Translations under genes and position numbers: made by a program
Shown here: one piece after another, positions 29,260 to 42,823 of the stretch
Numbering within the stretch: the stretch's first letter is position 1
How the letters are laid out: each line of letters begins with the position of its first letter
The notes under the pieces: generated by a model
The model's database searches: none
Seen by the model: only the letters and a program-made list of their open reading frames with translations
Told to the model about the DNA's origin: nothing
DNA from: the human T2T-CHM13v2.0 reference genome, Homo sapiens
Assembly: GCF_009914755.1 (NCBI RefSeq)
Contig: NC_060935.1
Strand: one strand, 5' to 3'
DNA: 64,000 nucleotides

Positions 29260-29630
29260 ATCTTGAGATCTACTTATCATATTTAATCATGCTCTATTGC
29301 CCAGAAACTTATCCTAATGAATTGTATCAACCAGCCAGTTTGCTATCTAACCCCAAGTTGGGTTAAACCTACAGAAGGTATAGGCAGAAGATTGGAGGGT
29401 AGAAGGAGAGTAAACATGAAATATATTTTCTTCAGCTTCATCTCTGTTGGGCTTCAAGTTAACAGTGGCTACATCCCTCTGTTGAAGTCCATGATGCTTA
29501 CTTATGGTTAAAACCACAAATCCTGCAATTATATCCTCCCTTTCCACTAAAAGTATAGGGGAAGAAAAAAGCTCTCATTTTAACTAGGACAAGCACATTT
29601 TCTCATTTCTTCTTGGTTTCCCTTAACCCT
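29260..29630. mobile_element. LTR33A-like ERVL LTR fragment
   Basis: agttgggttaaacc...ggcagaagattggagggtagaaggagag...tatattttcttc motif. Confidence 0.55.
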
Positions 29631-29914
29631 ACCTTTCTTAGTTCATCTTAGGTTGCTATGATAGAATATCACAGACTGGGTAATTTATAAACAGTGGAAG
29701 TTTATTTGTCTCATGGTTTTAGAGGCTGGGAAGGAATGAAGTAATTGCATTTCAATATAAGTTTTGGAGGGGAAATTCAAACCGTAGTAATCTTCCCCTG
29801 GCCCTTCAAACTCGTGTATATGTCACATACAAAATATGTTAATTCCATTCCAACAATCCCAAAGTCTCAACTCATTTCAGTACCAACTCCAAAGTCCAAA
29901 GACTAGTGTCTCAT

Positions 29915-30326
29915 TGATGGGGTTTGTATCTATGTCCACATCAAATCTCAAGTCAAACTGTAATCTCCAATGTTGGAAGTGGGTCCTCGTGGGAGATGTT
30001 TGGATCATGGAGGCAGATCCCTCATGAATGACCTAGCACCACCCCATTGGTGATGTGTAAGTGAGTTCTCATGAGATCTGATTGTCTAAAAGTGTATGGC
30101 ACCTCCGCCAACATTCTCTTACTCTTGCTTTCACAATGTGACATGCAAACTCCCACCTCACCTTTCACAAGTAAAAGCTCCCCAAGCCCTCCTAAAAAGC
30201 TGAGCAGATGCTGGCACCATGCTTCTTGTACAGCCTACAGAACCATCAGTCAAATCCACCTCTTTTCTTTCTAAATTACCTAACGTCAGGTATTTCTTTA
30301 TAGCAATGCAAGAACGGCCTAATGGA
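29915..30326 (+). mobile_element. MSTB-like solo LTR nested in MaLR internal sequence
   Basis: tgatggggtttg...tatttctttatagcaatgcaagaacggcctaat; TSD ctcat. Confidence 0.9.
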
Positions 30327-31113
30327 CTCATCTAAATTACATATAAATGAGAATCAAGGCACAATTAATCTTGAAGAAAATTTTCCTCCTGTGATGCTAT
30401 GAAATCAAAACAAGTTATTTGCTTCCAAAATACGATGATGGTACAGGCGTAGAATAGATATTGTAATTTCAGAAGAGAGAAATAGTCAAGAAAAAGGCGA
30501 TCAGTGGTCTCAAGTCCAAGTAAGTCCAAACTCAACAAGGCAAACAACATGAAATGTGAAAGCTGGAGACTAATCTTCTATGACACAATGTCTCACATCC
30601 CGGACACACTGGGGCAAGGGCTGGATCCCCAAGGCTTCAGGCAATCCCACCTCTAGAGCTCTGTTTGGCTCAGTCTACTCAGCGCTCCCGTGTGTTGGAG
30701 TATTGTGCCAGCAATAATCCCAGGCTGGCATTGAATGCTAGTAGCTCTATAGTTCTGGAGGCTTGATGGTAGTCTTGCTCTCAGTGCTCTTAGTTCATTT
30801 ATCTCAAGTTCTGTATTCCATAAACACCCAACACAAAGACAAAATTTCACCTAGTTTTTGGAAGTATATAATAAAAATGCCCTTTACTTCAGTTTCCAAT
30901 AACTTGTTCCTCCTTTCTATCTGAGACCTCATAAGAATGGCCTTTATCATCTATATTTCTATCAGCATTCTGATCATGAGCATTTAAGTAATGTCTAAAA
31001 TGTTCCAGACTTTTACTGTAGTTCTTGTCCCATTCACAGAAACCTGAACTTTTTCTAGTATGCTCCTCCAAATTATTCCAGTCTTTACCCATTACCCTGT
31101 TCCAAAGCTACTT

Positions 31114-31178
31114 CAGGTACAGATTTTTTTAGATACTGCAGGTACAGCAGATTTTTTTAGATACTGCAGGTACAGCAG
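31114..31178. repeat. Short tandem duplication (about 28-bp unit)
   Basis: cagatttttttagatactgcaggtacag occurs twice in tandem. Confidence 0.9.
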
Positions 31179-31500
31179 AATCTTCACTTCTGACACCAAA
31201 TTTTCTTAGTCTTTTTTATGTTGCTATAACAAACTATCACAGGTGGAAATTTATAAGCAATAGAAGTTTTTTATTTCACAATTCTAGAGGCTGGGAAATC
31301 CAAAAGAATGACATTGGTACCTCATGAGAACCTTTGTGCTGTGTAATTCTGTGGCAGAAAGTGAATGGGCAAAACAGCATATAAAACAGAGACAGAGGAT
31401 GGAGGCCAAATTGTATCCTTTTATCAGAAACCCACTCCTATACAAAAAGTAACCCAGTTTGGTGATAGCTGCTTTAATTCATTCATGAAGGCAGACCTTT

Positions 31501-32064
31501 TGTGTTAGTCTGTTTGCATTGCTATTAAGCAATACCTAAGGCCGGGCACTTTATGAAGAAAAGAGGTTTATTTGGCTCACCATTCTGCAGACTGTTCAAA
31601 AAATGGCAGCAGCATCTGCTTCTAGCACAGCCTCAGGAAGTTTCCAATCATGATAGAAGGTGAAGGGGTAGTCAGGATATCATATGGCAAGAGAGGGAGC
31701 AAGGGAGAGAGAAAGGCAGAGTTGCCAGGCTCTTTTAAAAAACCAGACGTCATAAAAATCATCACTATATGGAAGACACCAAGCCATTCATAAGAAATCT
31801 GCCCCAGTAAACATACGTGTGCATGTATCTTTATAGCAGCATGATTTATAATCCTTTGGGTATATACCCAGTAATGGGATTGCTGGGTCAAATGGTATTT
31901 CTAGTTCTAGATCCCTGAGGAATTGTCACACTGACTTCCACAATGGTTAAAGTATAATAAAAAAAAAAAAAAGAAAGAAATCTGCCCCCATGACCCAAAT
32001 ACCTTCACCACGGGATCACCTATCAACATGAGATTTGGAGGGGACACACATCCAAACCTTATCA
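31501..32064 (-). mobile_element. MSTB-like LTR nested in a MaLR LTR, itself interrupted by L1
   Basis: tgtgttagtctgtttgcattgctat...gagatttggaggggacacacatccaaaccttatca. Confidence 0.85.
31806..31974 (+). mobile_element. 5'-inverted (twin-primed) L1PA4/5-like mini-insertion
   Basis: antisense ORF2-end fragment, then taaagtataat and poly-A; 14-bp TSD aagaaatctgcccc. Confidence 0.92.
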
Positions 32065-34405
32065 GCCCTTGTGATTTCACCACCTCTTAATACTGTCACA
32101 ATTGCAAATAAATTTCAAAATGAGTTTTGGAGATAACATTCAAACCCATAGCACTACTCAGACCTTATAAACCCATTCTATGAATTTGCCTTGTGTCAGA
32201 CTAGGGTCCCATTACATGACACAGACTTTCCCTTTTATAGGATGAAATGTGATCATGTGTATATTTATGAATAAATAAGTAAATTTTTCAACGACTTGTC
32301 TAGTGTTTATTACCTCTCACATGACCTAACAAGTGGTCTTTTTAAATTTTACCAAAGACAGGGTTAATCTTACCACACTAAATTAAATGTGCTTATTTCT
32401 GCTTATGACTTATATTTTATAAAGGAAAGATGCAGGGGTTAAGTTTCATTTCTATGCAAGATACACTATAGATTTTGTGGAATGAAATATTATAAACTGA
32501 GACATATATGTGCTTGCCATGCATGTGTAGAGAGAAAGAGATAAGAGATATATGCAAAAAGGCATGTCTAGATTTCATTTTATATAATAGAAATCACTTT
32601 TTAAAAGTTTTCATGGAGCCTTGAATTTCTTTGGCAATTTGATTTCCCATATAGTTCTATGGTATACATGGGAAAATACAAAAGTAGAAGAAAAAACAAA
32701 GATAAGTTTTTAATTCTTCATTGTTTTCTTTAAACATTTTTATTTCCAATATATAGTTAAAGGAGATTACATGAAAATACTTCTATAAGCAAAGTTCATA
32801 AACTATCAAACAGTTTCAATTTCAGCTATAGGTTTTAAACTTCTTTTAATTGCATGTACTATTTTCAATTTTTGAATAATAATTTATAACTTGCCCTAAG
32901 GCCATTTCCTGATTCTCTTCTAACAATTGAATATCACAAATCTCAATCCTTTTTATGTTTATGGAGGCTCCAGTTGATTAGACAAGAGAGACAGGTATGA
33001 AAAAATTCACAACCAGTGGAGATATTAAAGTCTACAAGCTTCATTGCACTACTTGGAGCCAGATATTTTATTTATTCATGATTTGGATTTTTCCACCCCA
33101 TTTTACAATGTAAATGAAAAGACATATTTATCCTGACCCACTTACAGGAGAAGTTCTAAAATCTTTCTATTTTTACTCAATAACACTCATATTCAAGTCA
33201 TCAGAGCACATCACGTACTAGTAAAATGTTCCATAAAACTTTTTGAACTTGGATAGCTCAAATATTGATCCTTTCAGTTTCTGGATTTGGCTGAGAGTTG
33301 TGAATAAATATCAGACTTAGTTTTCCTAGGATTTTGCCAAATTATAGATACTTATGTGCATATTTATTAACGGTTTTCACACATGTTTACAGTCTTCAGT
33401 CTCTAAATTTTCATTTACACTAAGGCCTTGGTAGGCAGTGTGAACTGATGGAAGCAGCTAAGGCAATATGAATTTTTAGTCAACCAAGTTTTTATTTTAT
33501 TGGATCCTACACAATATTGATTATTTTATTTTACAGCAAGATGTTAATTGCGACTATCCAGTCAACCATTTAGAATATATTAAATTGCTGTCAAAGTGGT
33601 AGGTAATCCAGGGGGCATCTATGAGAAGAATTGCACCATGATCTCATGGATAATGGAGAAATAACTGCATTGTATTATCTTAATAATCTCAGGGCCTGTT
33701 GTTTTCTAAGTAAATGCATGTGATACTTTATTTCATTATATAGGCATACCTTGGAGGTATTTTAGGTCTGATTCCAAACCACTGGAATGAAGAGAGCAAT
33801 GCAATAAAGCAAGTCACATAATTGTTTTGTTTCCCAGTGGATATAAAAGTTATGTTTATACTATAGCATATTCTATTAAGTGTGTAATAGCATCATACTT
33901 TAATTGAAACTATATTATTGCTAAAAAATGCTATCAATCATCTGTGCCTTCAGTGAGTCATAAACTTTTTGGTGTGGAGAGTATTGCCCCAATGTTGATG
34001 ACCACTGACTAATTAGGGTGGTGGTTGCTGAAGGTTAGAGTGGCTGTGGAAATTTCTTAAAATGAAAAAGGAAATATTTTGCACTGATTGACCCTTTCTT
34101 TCAAGAAATATTTCTCTGTAGCATGCAATGCTGTTTGATACTGTTCTACTGACAGTATACTTTCCTTTAAAATTAAAGGTAATCCTCTCAAACTCTGTTG
34201 CTGCTGTATCAACCAAGTTTGTGTAATATTCTAAATCCTTTGTTGTAGTTTCTACAATGTTCATAGCATTTTCACCAGGTGTAGATTACACCTTAAGAGA
34301 CCACTTTCTCTGTTTTTCATAAGAAGCAACTCCTGATCCATTCAAGTTTTATTTATGAAATCAGAGCAATTCTGTCAGATCTTCAGGTTCCATTTCTAAT
34401 TCTAG

Positions 34406-34680
<275 letters not shown>

Positions 34681-34793
34681 CTTCTTGCTATTTTCACCAC
34701 AACGGCAGTCGCTTCCTCCACTGAAGTCTTAAACTACTCAAAGTTATGCAGGAGGGTTGAAATCAAGTTCTTCCCAATTCTTACTAATGTTGA

Positions 34794-35098
34794 TTTTTTT
34801 TTTTTTTTTTTTTTTTTTGAGAAGGAGTCTTGCTCTGTCCCTCAGGCTGGAGTGCAGTGGCATGATCTGCACTGCAAGCTCCACCTCCCGGGTTCACACC
34901 ATTCTCCTGTCTCAGCCTCCCGAATAGCTGGGGCTTCAGGCGACTGCCACCATGCCTGGCTAATTTTTCTTTGTATTTTTATTAGAGACGAGGTTTCACC
35001 ATGTTAGCCAGCATGGTCTCGATCTCCTGACCTCGTGATCCACCCACCTCCGCCTCCCAAAGTGCTGGGATTACAGGCATGAGCCACCGCGCCCAGCC
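34794..35098 (-). mobile_element. AluY-like
   Basis: gcaagctccacctcccgggttcacaccattc, cctgacctcgtgatcc; TSD taatgttga. Confidence 0.93.
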
Positions 35099-35476
35099 TA
35101 ATGTTGACATTTTTACCTTTTCTAAGGAATCATGAATGTTCTTAGTGGCATGTAGAAGATTAAATCATTTCAAAATGTTTCCAATTTACTTTGCCCAGAT
35201 CAATCAGAGGAATCACTATGTATGGCAGCTATAGCCGTACAAAATCTATTTCTTAAGCTATAAAGCATAAAAGTCAAAATTATTCCTTGATTCATGAGCT
35301 GTAGAATAGATGTATGTTAGCAGGCATAAAAATATTAGTCTTTTTGTATATCTCCATCAGAGTTATTTTATGGGCAGGTGCATTGTCAATGAGCAGTAAT
35401 ATTTTGAAAAAATTCTTTTCTTGTGAGCAGCAGATCTCAACAGTGAGTTTAAAATATTCAGCAAACCACACTGTGA

Positions 35477-35839
<363 letters not shown>

Positions 35840-37749
35840 TAATTCTTAAGGACCATAGTATCTTTGAAGTAATAAATGATAATTACTTTTAAATTAAAGC
35901 CACCAACTTCATTAGCCCCTAACAAGAGAGGCAGCCTGTCCTTCAAAGCTTTAAATTCAAACATTGACTTCTCCCCTTTATGTAATTTCTTGATGGCAAC
36001 TTCTTCCGATACAAGCCTGTCTATTTTACGTAGAAAATGAATGAGTTGTTAGTGTAGTCATTTTCATCAATTATCTTACCTAGATCTTCTGGATAACAGG
36101 TACTTCTACATCATCACTTGCTGCTTCATTTTGTATTTTTTTGTTAGAGAGACAACACGTTTCTTTAAACCTCATGAACCAATCTCTGCTAGCTTCAAAC
36201 TTTTCTACTGCAGCTTTGTCACCTCTTTCAGCCTTCATAGTATTAAAGAGATTTAGGACCATGGTCTGGATGAGAAGTTTGCTTAAGGAAATGTTATGGT
36301 TAGTTGAATCTTCTATCCAGACCCCAAAACTTTCTTCATATCAGCAAAAATACTGTTTTGCTTTTTTAACATTTGTATGTTTATTGGAGTAATACTTTTA
36401 ATTTTCTTCCAGAATTTTTCCTTTGCATTCACAGTCATGCCAACTGTTTGGTGCAAAAGGCCTATATTTAGATCTGTCTCAGCTTTTGACATGCCCTTCT
36501 CACTAAGCTTAATTATTTCTAGCTTTTAATTTGAAGTGAAAGATTTGGAACTCTTCTTTTCACTTGAACATGTAGAGGCCATTGTAGGATTATTAACTGG
36601 CTTAATTTCATATTGCTCCTCAGGAAACAAGGAGGTCTGAAAAAGGAGAAAGAGATGGGTAATGACCACTTGATGGAGTAGTCAACAAATACGCAACATG
36701 TATCAATTGAGTTCATTATCTTCTATGGACACCCCCAAAACAATTACATTAGTAACTCAAAGATCACGGATTACAGATCACCATAACACATATAAAGATA
36801 ATGGAAAATTCTGAAATATTTCAAGAATTAGCAAAATGTGACACATAGGCAAGAAGTGAGCACACAGTGTTGGAAAATGGTGCTGATAGAATTCTTTGAC
36901 ACAGGGTTGCCACAAACAGTTAATTTGTAAATGTTGCAATATCTGTGAAGCTCTATAAAGTAAAGTCTAATAAAAAGATGTATGTCTGTATATGGAAAAG
37001 GTCTTTGTCTCTTTTGAATCAGTAGATTTTATCCCAGAAGTCAATTTTGTACCATAATTCTGGGTAGACCTGAATATTCATATGCCTTTTTAAAAATTCA
37101 GTACCTATAGAAAAGAGTCATTTCTCATTCAAGTAGCATAATCATTTTTATAACTTTTGAGTCATCTGTATATCATACTACTTGGTCTCCAATAGAATCT
37201 TGTCCTTTAGAACTAAACAGAGCTTCCTTTACATTTCCCAGTTGTCTAAGACATCCTTCTCAGATTCTCTTCTTATTTTCTCAACACTATTTCCTTTTTT
37301 TTTTTCCCTCAAAGTTATCTGCTTGTTCTTCCTTGGGAAAATCTTCATCTCAACACATTATTTTATCTCTTACCCTAAATAGAAGTGGAATAACTAAATT
37401 GTCTTCCCTTTACTAACCCTCTCACATCTGAGCTTCTTTATGAACAAACTCTTTCTTTCTTTCTTCCGTCTAGTCTCATGAACAAGTAATTTCTACTCTT
37501 TTTCAAGATCCTATGATAGGGATTAGTTGAATTAGTCTCAGTTGAGTATTCTTAGGCACATGGCATTTTTGAATAATTCCTATCCCTGAGATTCTCTTCT
37601 TTTCTTATATGTCGACACTATTTTCTCTTGTTTTTTTTGTTTTGTTTTGTTTGTTTGTTTGTTTTTCTCAAAGTTATCTACTTGCTTTTCCTAGGGAAAA
37701 TCGGGGACTCTTTACAGATATACCATTCTCCATCCATTTAACTACAGTT

Positions 37750-39310
37750 ATATTTAAAAGTTCTATACTTAGCCCTTTTCTTTGGCCTCTCACCCCGGGC
37801 AATGTTATCGATACCCAGAATTTCAAACATTTGCCTCCTAAATGCATGTGTCTACCAAACTTGCAATTTGAATCCAGTCCTTACTTTTTGAGATCTACAT
37901 AATCAACTTCCTGCATGCAGATACCTCAAATTCAACAAGCAATATGCTAAAATCATCTGTCTCTGTGTATCTGTTACTTCTACTAGTTTGCTTTATTCAA
38001 TGATGTGCACCTCAATTAGCATAGTCATACAAGTAAGAAACTTAGAGATCAGCCTCCATATCCAAAGACTCCTAAAGTTTTGTCAATTCCATATTTCTAA
38101 TTTGTGTATATTTTTCACATGTCCCTTCCCTATCCCAACCTTTCAACCATTCATTTACATAGCAGTTATATACTGAACAACTGTGGACTTGGCACAATAT
38201 TAGGCTTTTTACTGCCTGAAACTAGAATGTCCTTATGTCTCATTATTTCTTGCTTTATCTGTTGCAATCATTATAAAATAAATTCCACCATGCCACTTTC
38301 CTACTTAATCCTTTGGTAAATCTTCTTTAAGTACAGGTTAAAGTCCAAGCTTTCATGCAACATCCCTCTTGATCCAGCTACAACCCATCTTTGCAGAATC
38401 CAGCTGTTTCTCAAATTTGTTCTGTTCTCTCAGGCCTTCCTAGCAACGCATTTTGGCTTCCTTTCTTTCGAATATTTATTTCCTCATTTTTTATAGCTAG
38501 TCAAATCCCATAAAGCCTTTAAGATTTAATTCGCTTGTCCATTAATCTTGGAACACTTTCCAGATGTGTCCTCCAACAACGTGTTAAATACTTGACTTGC
38601 GTTACAGCACAGCATATAATATTTTATTACTTAGTCTATCTTTCTCATGTATGACAAAGTAATGTCTCTTCTTTACCCATTGCAAGGTTTACAGCTGACA
38701 TCCCAATCACAAAAGACAGATTAGCAAGAAAAAAGTATAACAAATTTATTAATCAAAGTTTTATGTGACATGGAAGACTTTAGAAATGAAGATCCAAAGA
38801 CCTAAGGAAAACTGTATATTTTTATGCTAAGTTTGATGAAATAAGTGGATAACAGTGGAGAAAGAAGCATAATCGGAAAGTAGAGTATGATTTAATGGAG
38901 GAATCCAGCAAAGCCTGTTTGTTCAGATTCTTCTTGGTCTCTCTATGTAGCAATTCTTTCCTCCAGGTATAGCGTAGTACATCTGTCACAAGAGGGTCTT
39001 ATAACCTACGTTAAGGGAAGGTAGGTCAGAGATTGAACTTCCTAGGTTTTATGGCGTGGTTCAGAGCAGTAAAAGGTGAAGGAGACAGGAGGGCTGAAGA
39101 ATGTAACAGAAATCTTGCTTCTGAGGCCCTCCTGTCCATTTCAGCTAAAAAATACTCAGCATGTCAAGGCACCATACTGTGGGATATGATATTTTGAGTT
39201 CTGGCATTTAGTAGACTGTGAACTCCTTGAGAGAAGAAAATGTGTCTTTAATCTATTTTTATCTTCAATTTTTCAATACATAGTGCTCAAATATATTCTT
39301 TAATATAGAA
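37750..39310 (+). mobile_element. L2 3' portion interrupted by MER39
   Basis: acctcaaattcaaca motif; L2 end tagactgtgaactccttgag...catagtgctcaaatat. Confidence 0.7.
38648..39206 (-). mobile_element. MER39-like ERV1 solo LTR
   Basis: TG..CA bounded; cttgcttctgaggcc...tactcagcatgtcaaggcaccatac resembles the MER39 5' end. Confidence 0.8.
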
Positions 39311-41179
39311 CTGAGTAAAATACGATTGAAAATATCTTATAAGGTGGAGGTGTATGTAGTGTGAAGGTACTCAGTATCTTTACTTAATTTCCTTACTTGG
39401 AATTGATGTTTACAGGTTAATAACTTGGGAGGAGTCTTTGTTGAATTAATCTTTCCATGACTACTATAGCCTTTAGGGAAAACACTGTAATGAAAAAAGA
39501 TTTTTTGGCAGAACATTGTCTACTACCTAACTTGACAAACATACCTAGTGAGGAAAATATACCTGAGTATAGCATCAGCAATCACTAAATAATAATACTA
39601 AAATATATAAATAATAAAAAATAAACATGCCTCTTGTGGTTTGGCCCCAATATTATATGATATGGCATATTCTTAAAATTAATACCACTAAGGTCTATAT
39701 GTTAAGAAGCAGTGTGAAAAAAGGAGAAAGGTATATGAAAATTTGAAAACTAAAAAAAAAAAAAAAACCATGAGTTTATCATTACAATATGTAAATGTCT
39801 CTGGCAAGAAGAAAGAATGCAATTGTGAGAACCAGCAGAAATTGTTTTTTTCCCCCTCTGAGTAGTAGTTTCTATTTTCTTGGACTGGCCATTGTTCAAT
39901 GGGGAATAAAGATTAAAATTTTAAAATTATTTTAACAAACTAAAAAAACGGAAAATAAGTAATTTCAAAGGGGCCTTCACAACCTGAGGAAATTGAACAT
40001 TTCTGTATTAGATCTAATATTTTCCACTTTGTTCTGTCTTGTGTCTGTGGGGAAGATAGCTGTAAGATACAGCGATTATTTGCATTCAGATTCCTCTGTT
40101 TATAAACTTTATTTAGTCTATCAATCTCAATAAAATAAAACACATGCTAAAAATTTACACTTAAATAATTTTAGCTAGTGTATGTTTATTGAGAATGTCT
40201 TACACGCAAGACTGTATCAGATTCTGAGAACTAAATAAATGAAATTAAAAAAAAAAAAACTGTCCTTAAGGTACTCCCAGAGGCAAGTCTTAGGGAAGGG
40301 GTGGTTGGTAAAGAACCAATAACTAGAATATACTGAGATTTATGTCATTGTGCAACTAGCATGGAATTTTATTGGAGTAAAGATGGAGGAGCTAGTGGGA
40401 TAAAGAATGGAGGTATAATTATCAAGTAATTTAAGCTCTAAACCATACTTATGTCAATCATAATGAAGTGAAGAACCCCATAACTGGTTCATTCTCTATT
40501 GTGTATTGCACACATAGCCCAAATTGTAAAGCATCATTATCCTTCTTTTAGAAGCTAAACTATGAATTGCCACTGTAAGCCTTGGACCTCCCAACCTCTT
40601 TGGCCTCCCACTTGTGTGGCAGCCCAGCATGCCTTCTGATTATGAGGACCATGAGCCACTGCACATTGCTAGAACACACAGACGGGTGGCAGCAGTGGTT
40701 TTTTCTTTTCCTTAGCTTAGCTATTATGTAAGGCACATCAGGGAAGTGTGTACAAAATTGGCATCCAGGTGTTAAGGAAAAAGAAAAAAATACAGTGAAT
40801 GTGTGAGGCTCAATTGAGCTCATTGTACTGTCTAGAAACCACTCTTGTTCCAGCTGCCCTTGAGACTATCTGGAAGAATCACAGAAGAGCTGGGCTACAG
40901 TACAAAGAAAGCTTAAAGGGATACTTTTTAAAAAGAAAGAATTAAAACTAAAAGAAGAATAGCTATCTCTGTTATAATAGCTAACTTGGAATAAAGAAGA
41001 TACGGAGGGTATTTAATTGTTATTATAAAAAGACAACATACTTTTCAGAAAATTGAAAAGGGGATAATGCCCCTATATAGAACAACTCTAAAAATGATTA
41101 CTATCATTTTTTCCATCTACTGTCCCTATGCATTATACAGATTGCATGATTTATGGAATTGGTATTTCCTTACTTCCCT

Positions 41180-41310
41180 TTCATCCCTCTCTCCTTCATT
41201 CTATTTTTCTTCCTTCTTTCTTTCCTTCCTGTGTTCCTTTTTTCTGCCTTTCTTCCTTTTGTTCTTCTGTTTCTCTTTCTTTCTTAATTTCTGGCTTGTT
41301 TCCTTTTTCT
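41180..41310. repeat. CT-rich low-complexity tract
   Basis: ttcc/ttct repeats. Confidence 0.8.
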
Positions 41311-41334
41311 TGCAAAATCTGATATATCTGGGAT

Positions 41335-41530
41335 TAGCAGTTGCAATCATAGTATAAACACTATAGACTGCTATCATAAAAGCTGCTTAACTACTGGAAC
41401 CTCAATTTTCACATCTGTAAATTGTGTGCAATGTAATTTGCTGCCTTAATTAGCTTTATGCTAATTATGTAAGATCATATCCTTAACACAGTTGTTGGCA
41501 TTTAATGGACTCTTTAGTAGTTTATGCAGT
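41335..41530 (+). mobile_element. MIR
   Basis: core cctcaattttcacatctgtaaattg. Confidence 0.65.
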
Positions 41531-41689
41531 TGTCATGGTATAGCTCTATAGCTTTTCCTTGCTTTGAGTATTTTTCATTGAGACAAATTACTACCATAAA
41601 TGTTTAACAGTTATGTATTTTTAAATATTACCAAATTGCATTATAAAATTTCTGTGGAAATTTGAAATAACCTTGTGATAAATATAGAA

Positions 41690-42540
41690 AAATATAGCTT
41701 CTGTTTCATTCTTACACCAAATTTTAAGTGGATTACATATATAAAAAGAATAAATAAAATGTCAAGAAGAAAATATTTATTTACACAGTCTTTTGTATAA
41801 AAAATTTTCTATACCAGAAAACAAGAATAGAAAGTATAAAGGTGATCATTTCATGGATTTTACTACAACTAAAACAACAGCAACAATTGCAAACATCAAA
41901 AAAGAAATTATAAAAACAAAAATGCAAATAACAAACTTGGAACAATGTTTTAAATAATTTTCCTGAAAAAATATTCTTTTTCTTAAAATGGAGAGTGTTC
42001 TTACAAATCAACAACTAAAATATATAAAAATATGTAAAGGAAGCATAGGGAAGATATTCAAAAAATAGTCCCAATTGCTAATAATTATATTAATATATGT
42101 TTAATCTTATTGGCTATAAAATAATGGCAATTTAATACAATATCCTTCTACAGTTAGCAAGTTAACTGGAATTAAATGAAAAGAATGATGTTTATGTTGT
42201 TGCAGACTATAGGGAAAGCTCTATTCTACTATTGGAAATCTGTATTAGTAAAAAAAATATAGAGATTAAATTGGCAATGCTTTAGAATTTTGCTTACCTC
42301 CAGAGTTATTTTTATTTTAAGAATATATCTTAAGGATATCAACTTATATTTGCATTAAACAGTGGATCCTAATGTTTATGTTTTTACTAGTGTGGAGAAA
42401 AAAATGTCAAAAAGTGTCAAATAACAACAGCATGAATTATATTCTTACTAGAAAATAATATAAAGTCATTAAGCTGTTGTGGTAGAATAATATCTAATGA
42501 TAAAGGCAATATTTATTATTATATTTTTAAATACAAGAAA
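41690..42540 (+). mobile_element. Highly diverged L1 3' region (L1ME/L1M5-like)
   Basis: cttacaccaaatt, agagtgttcttacaaatcaacaa, A-rich sense strand. Confidence 0.55.
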
Positions 42541-42542
42541 AC

Positions 42543-42823
42543 TGACTTATACACAGTTTTTCTTCTGCCTCTGGCACTCGTGAGACAGCAAAGAAAACCC
42601 ATCCTCTTTGTATTCCTCCTCAGCCTACTCAAGGTGAAGACAATGAGGATGAAAGCCCTTAAGATTGTTCACTTCCACTTTGTGAATCACAAATATATTT
42701 TCTATTCCTTATAGTTTCCTTAATAACATTTTCATTTATTTAGCTTTCTTTATTGTAAGAATACAGTAAACAAAGAAATACACATAACATATAAAATCTG
42801 TTAATTGACTGTTCCTATTATTA
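42543..42823 (+). mobile_element. Tigger2a (MER28)-like fragment
   Basis: cctcctcagcctactcaaggtgaagacaatgaggatgaa...ctttattgtaagaatacagta. Confidence 0.8.

Larger units (their letters stand above)
29631..32153 (-). mobile_element. MaLR provirus (MSTC/MSTD-like LTRs at 29631-29790 and 31203-32153, plus internal sequence)
   Basis: two related LTRs starting ttcttagt...ttgctat and ending ttcaaaccgtagta / ttcaaacccatagca; MST-int motifs between (ccaaagtctcaactcatttcag, cagttccaataac-like). Confidence 0.8.
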
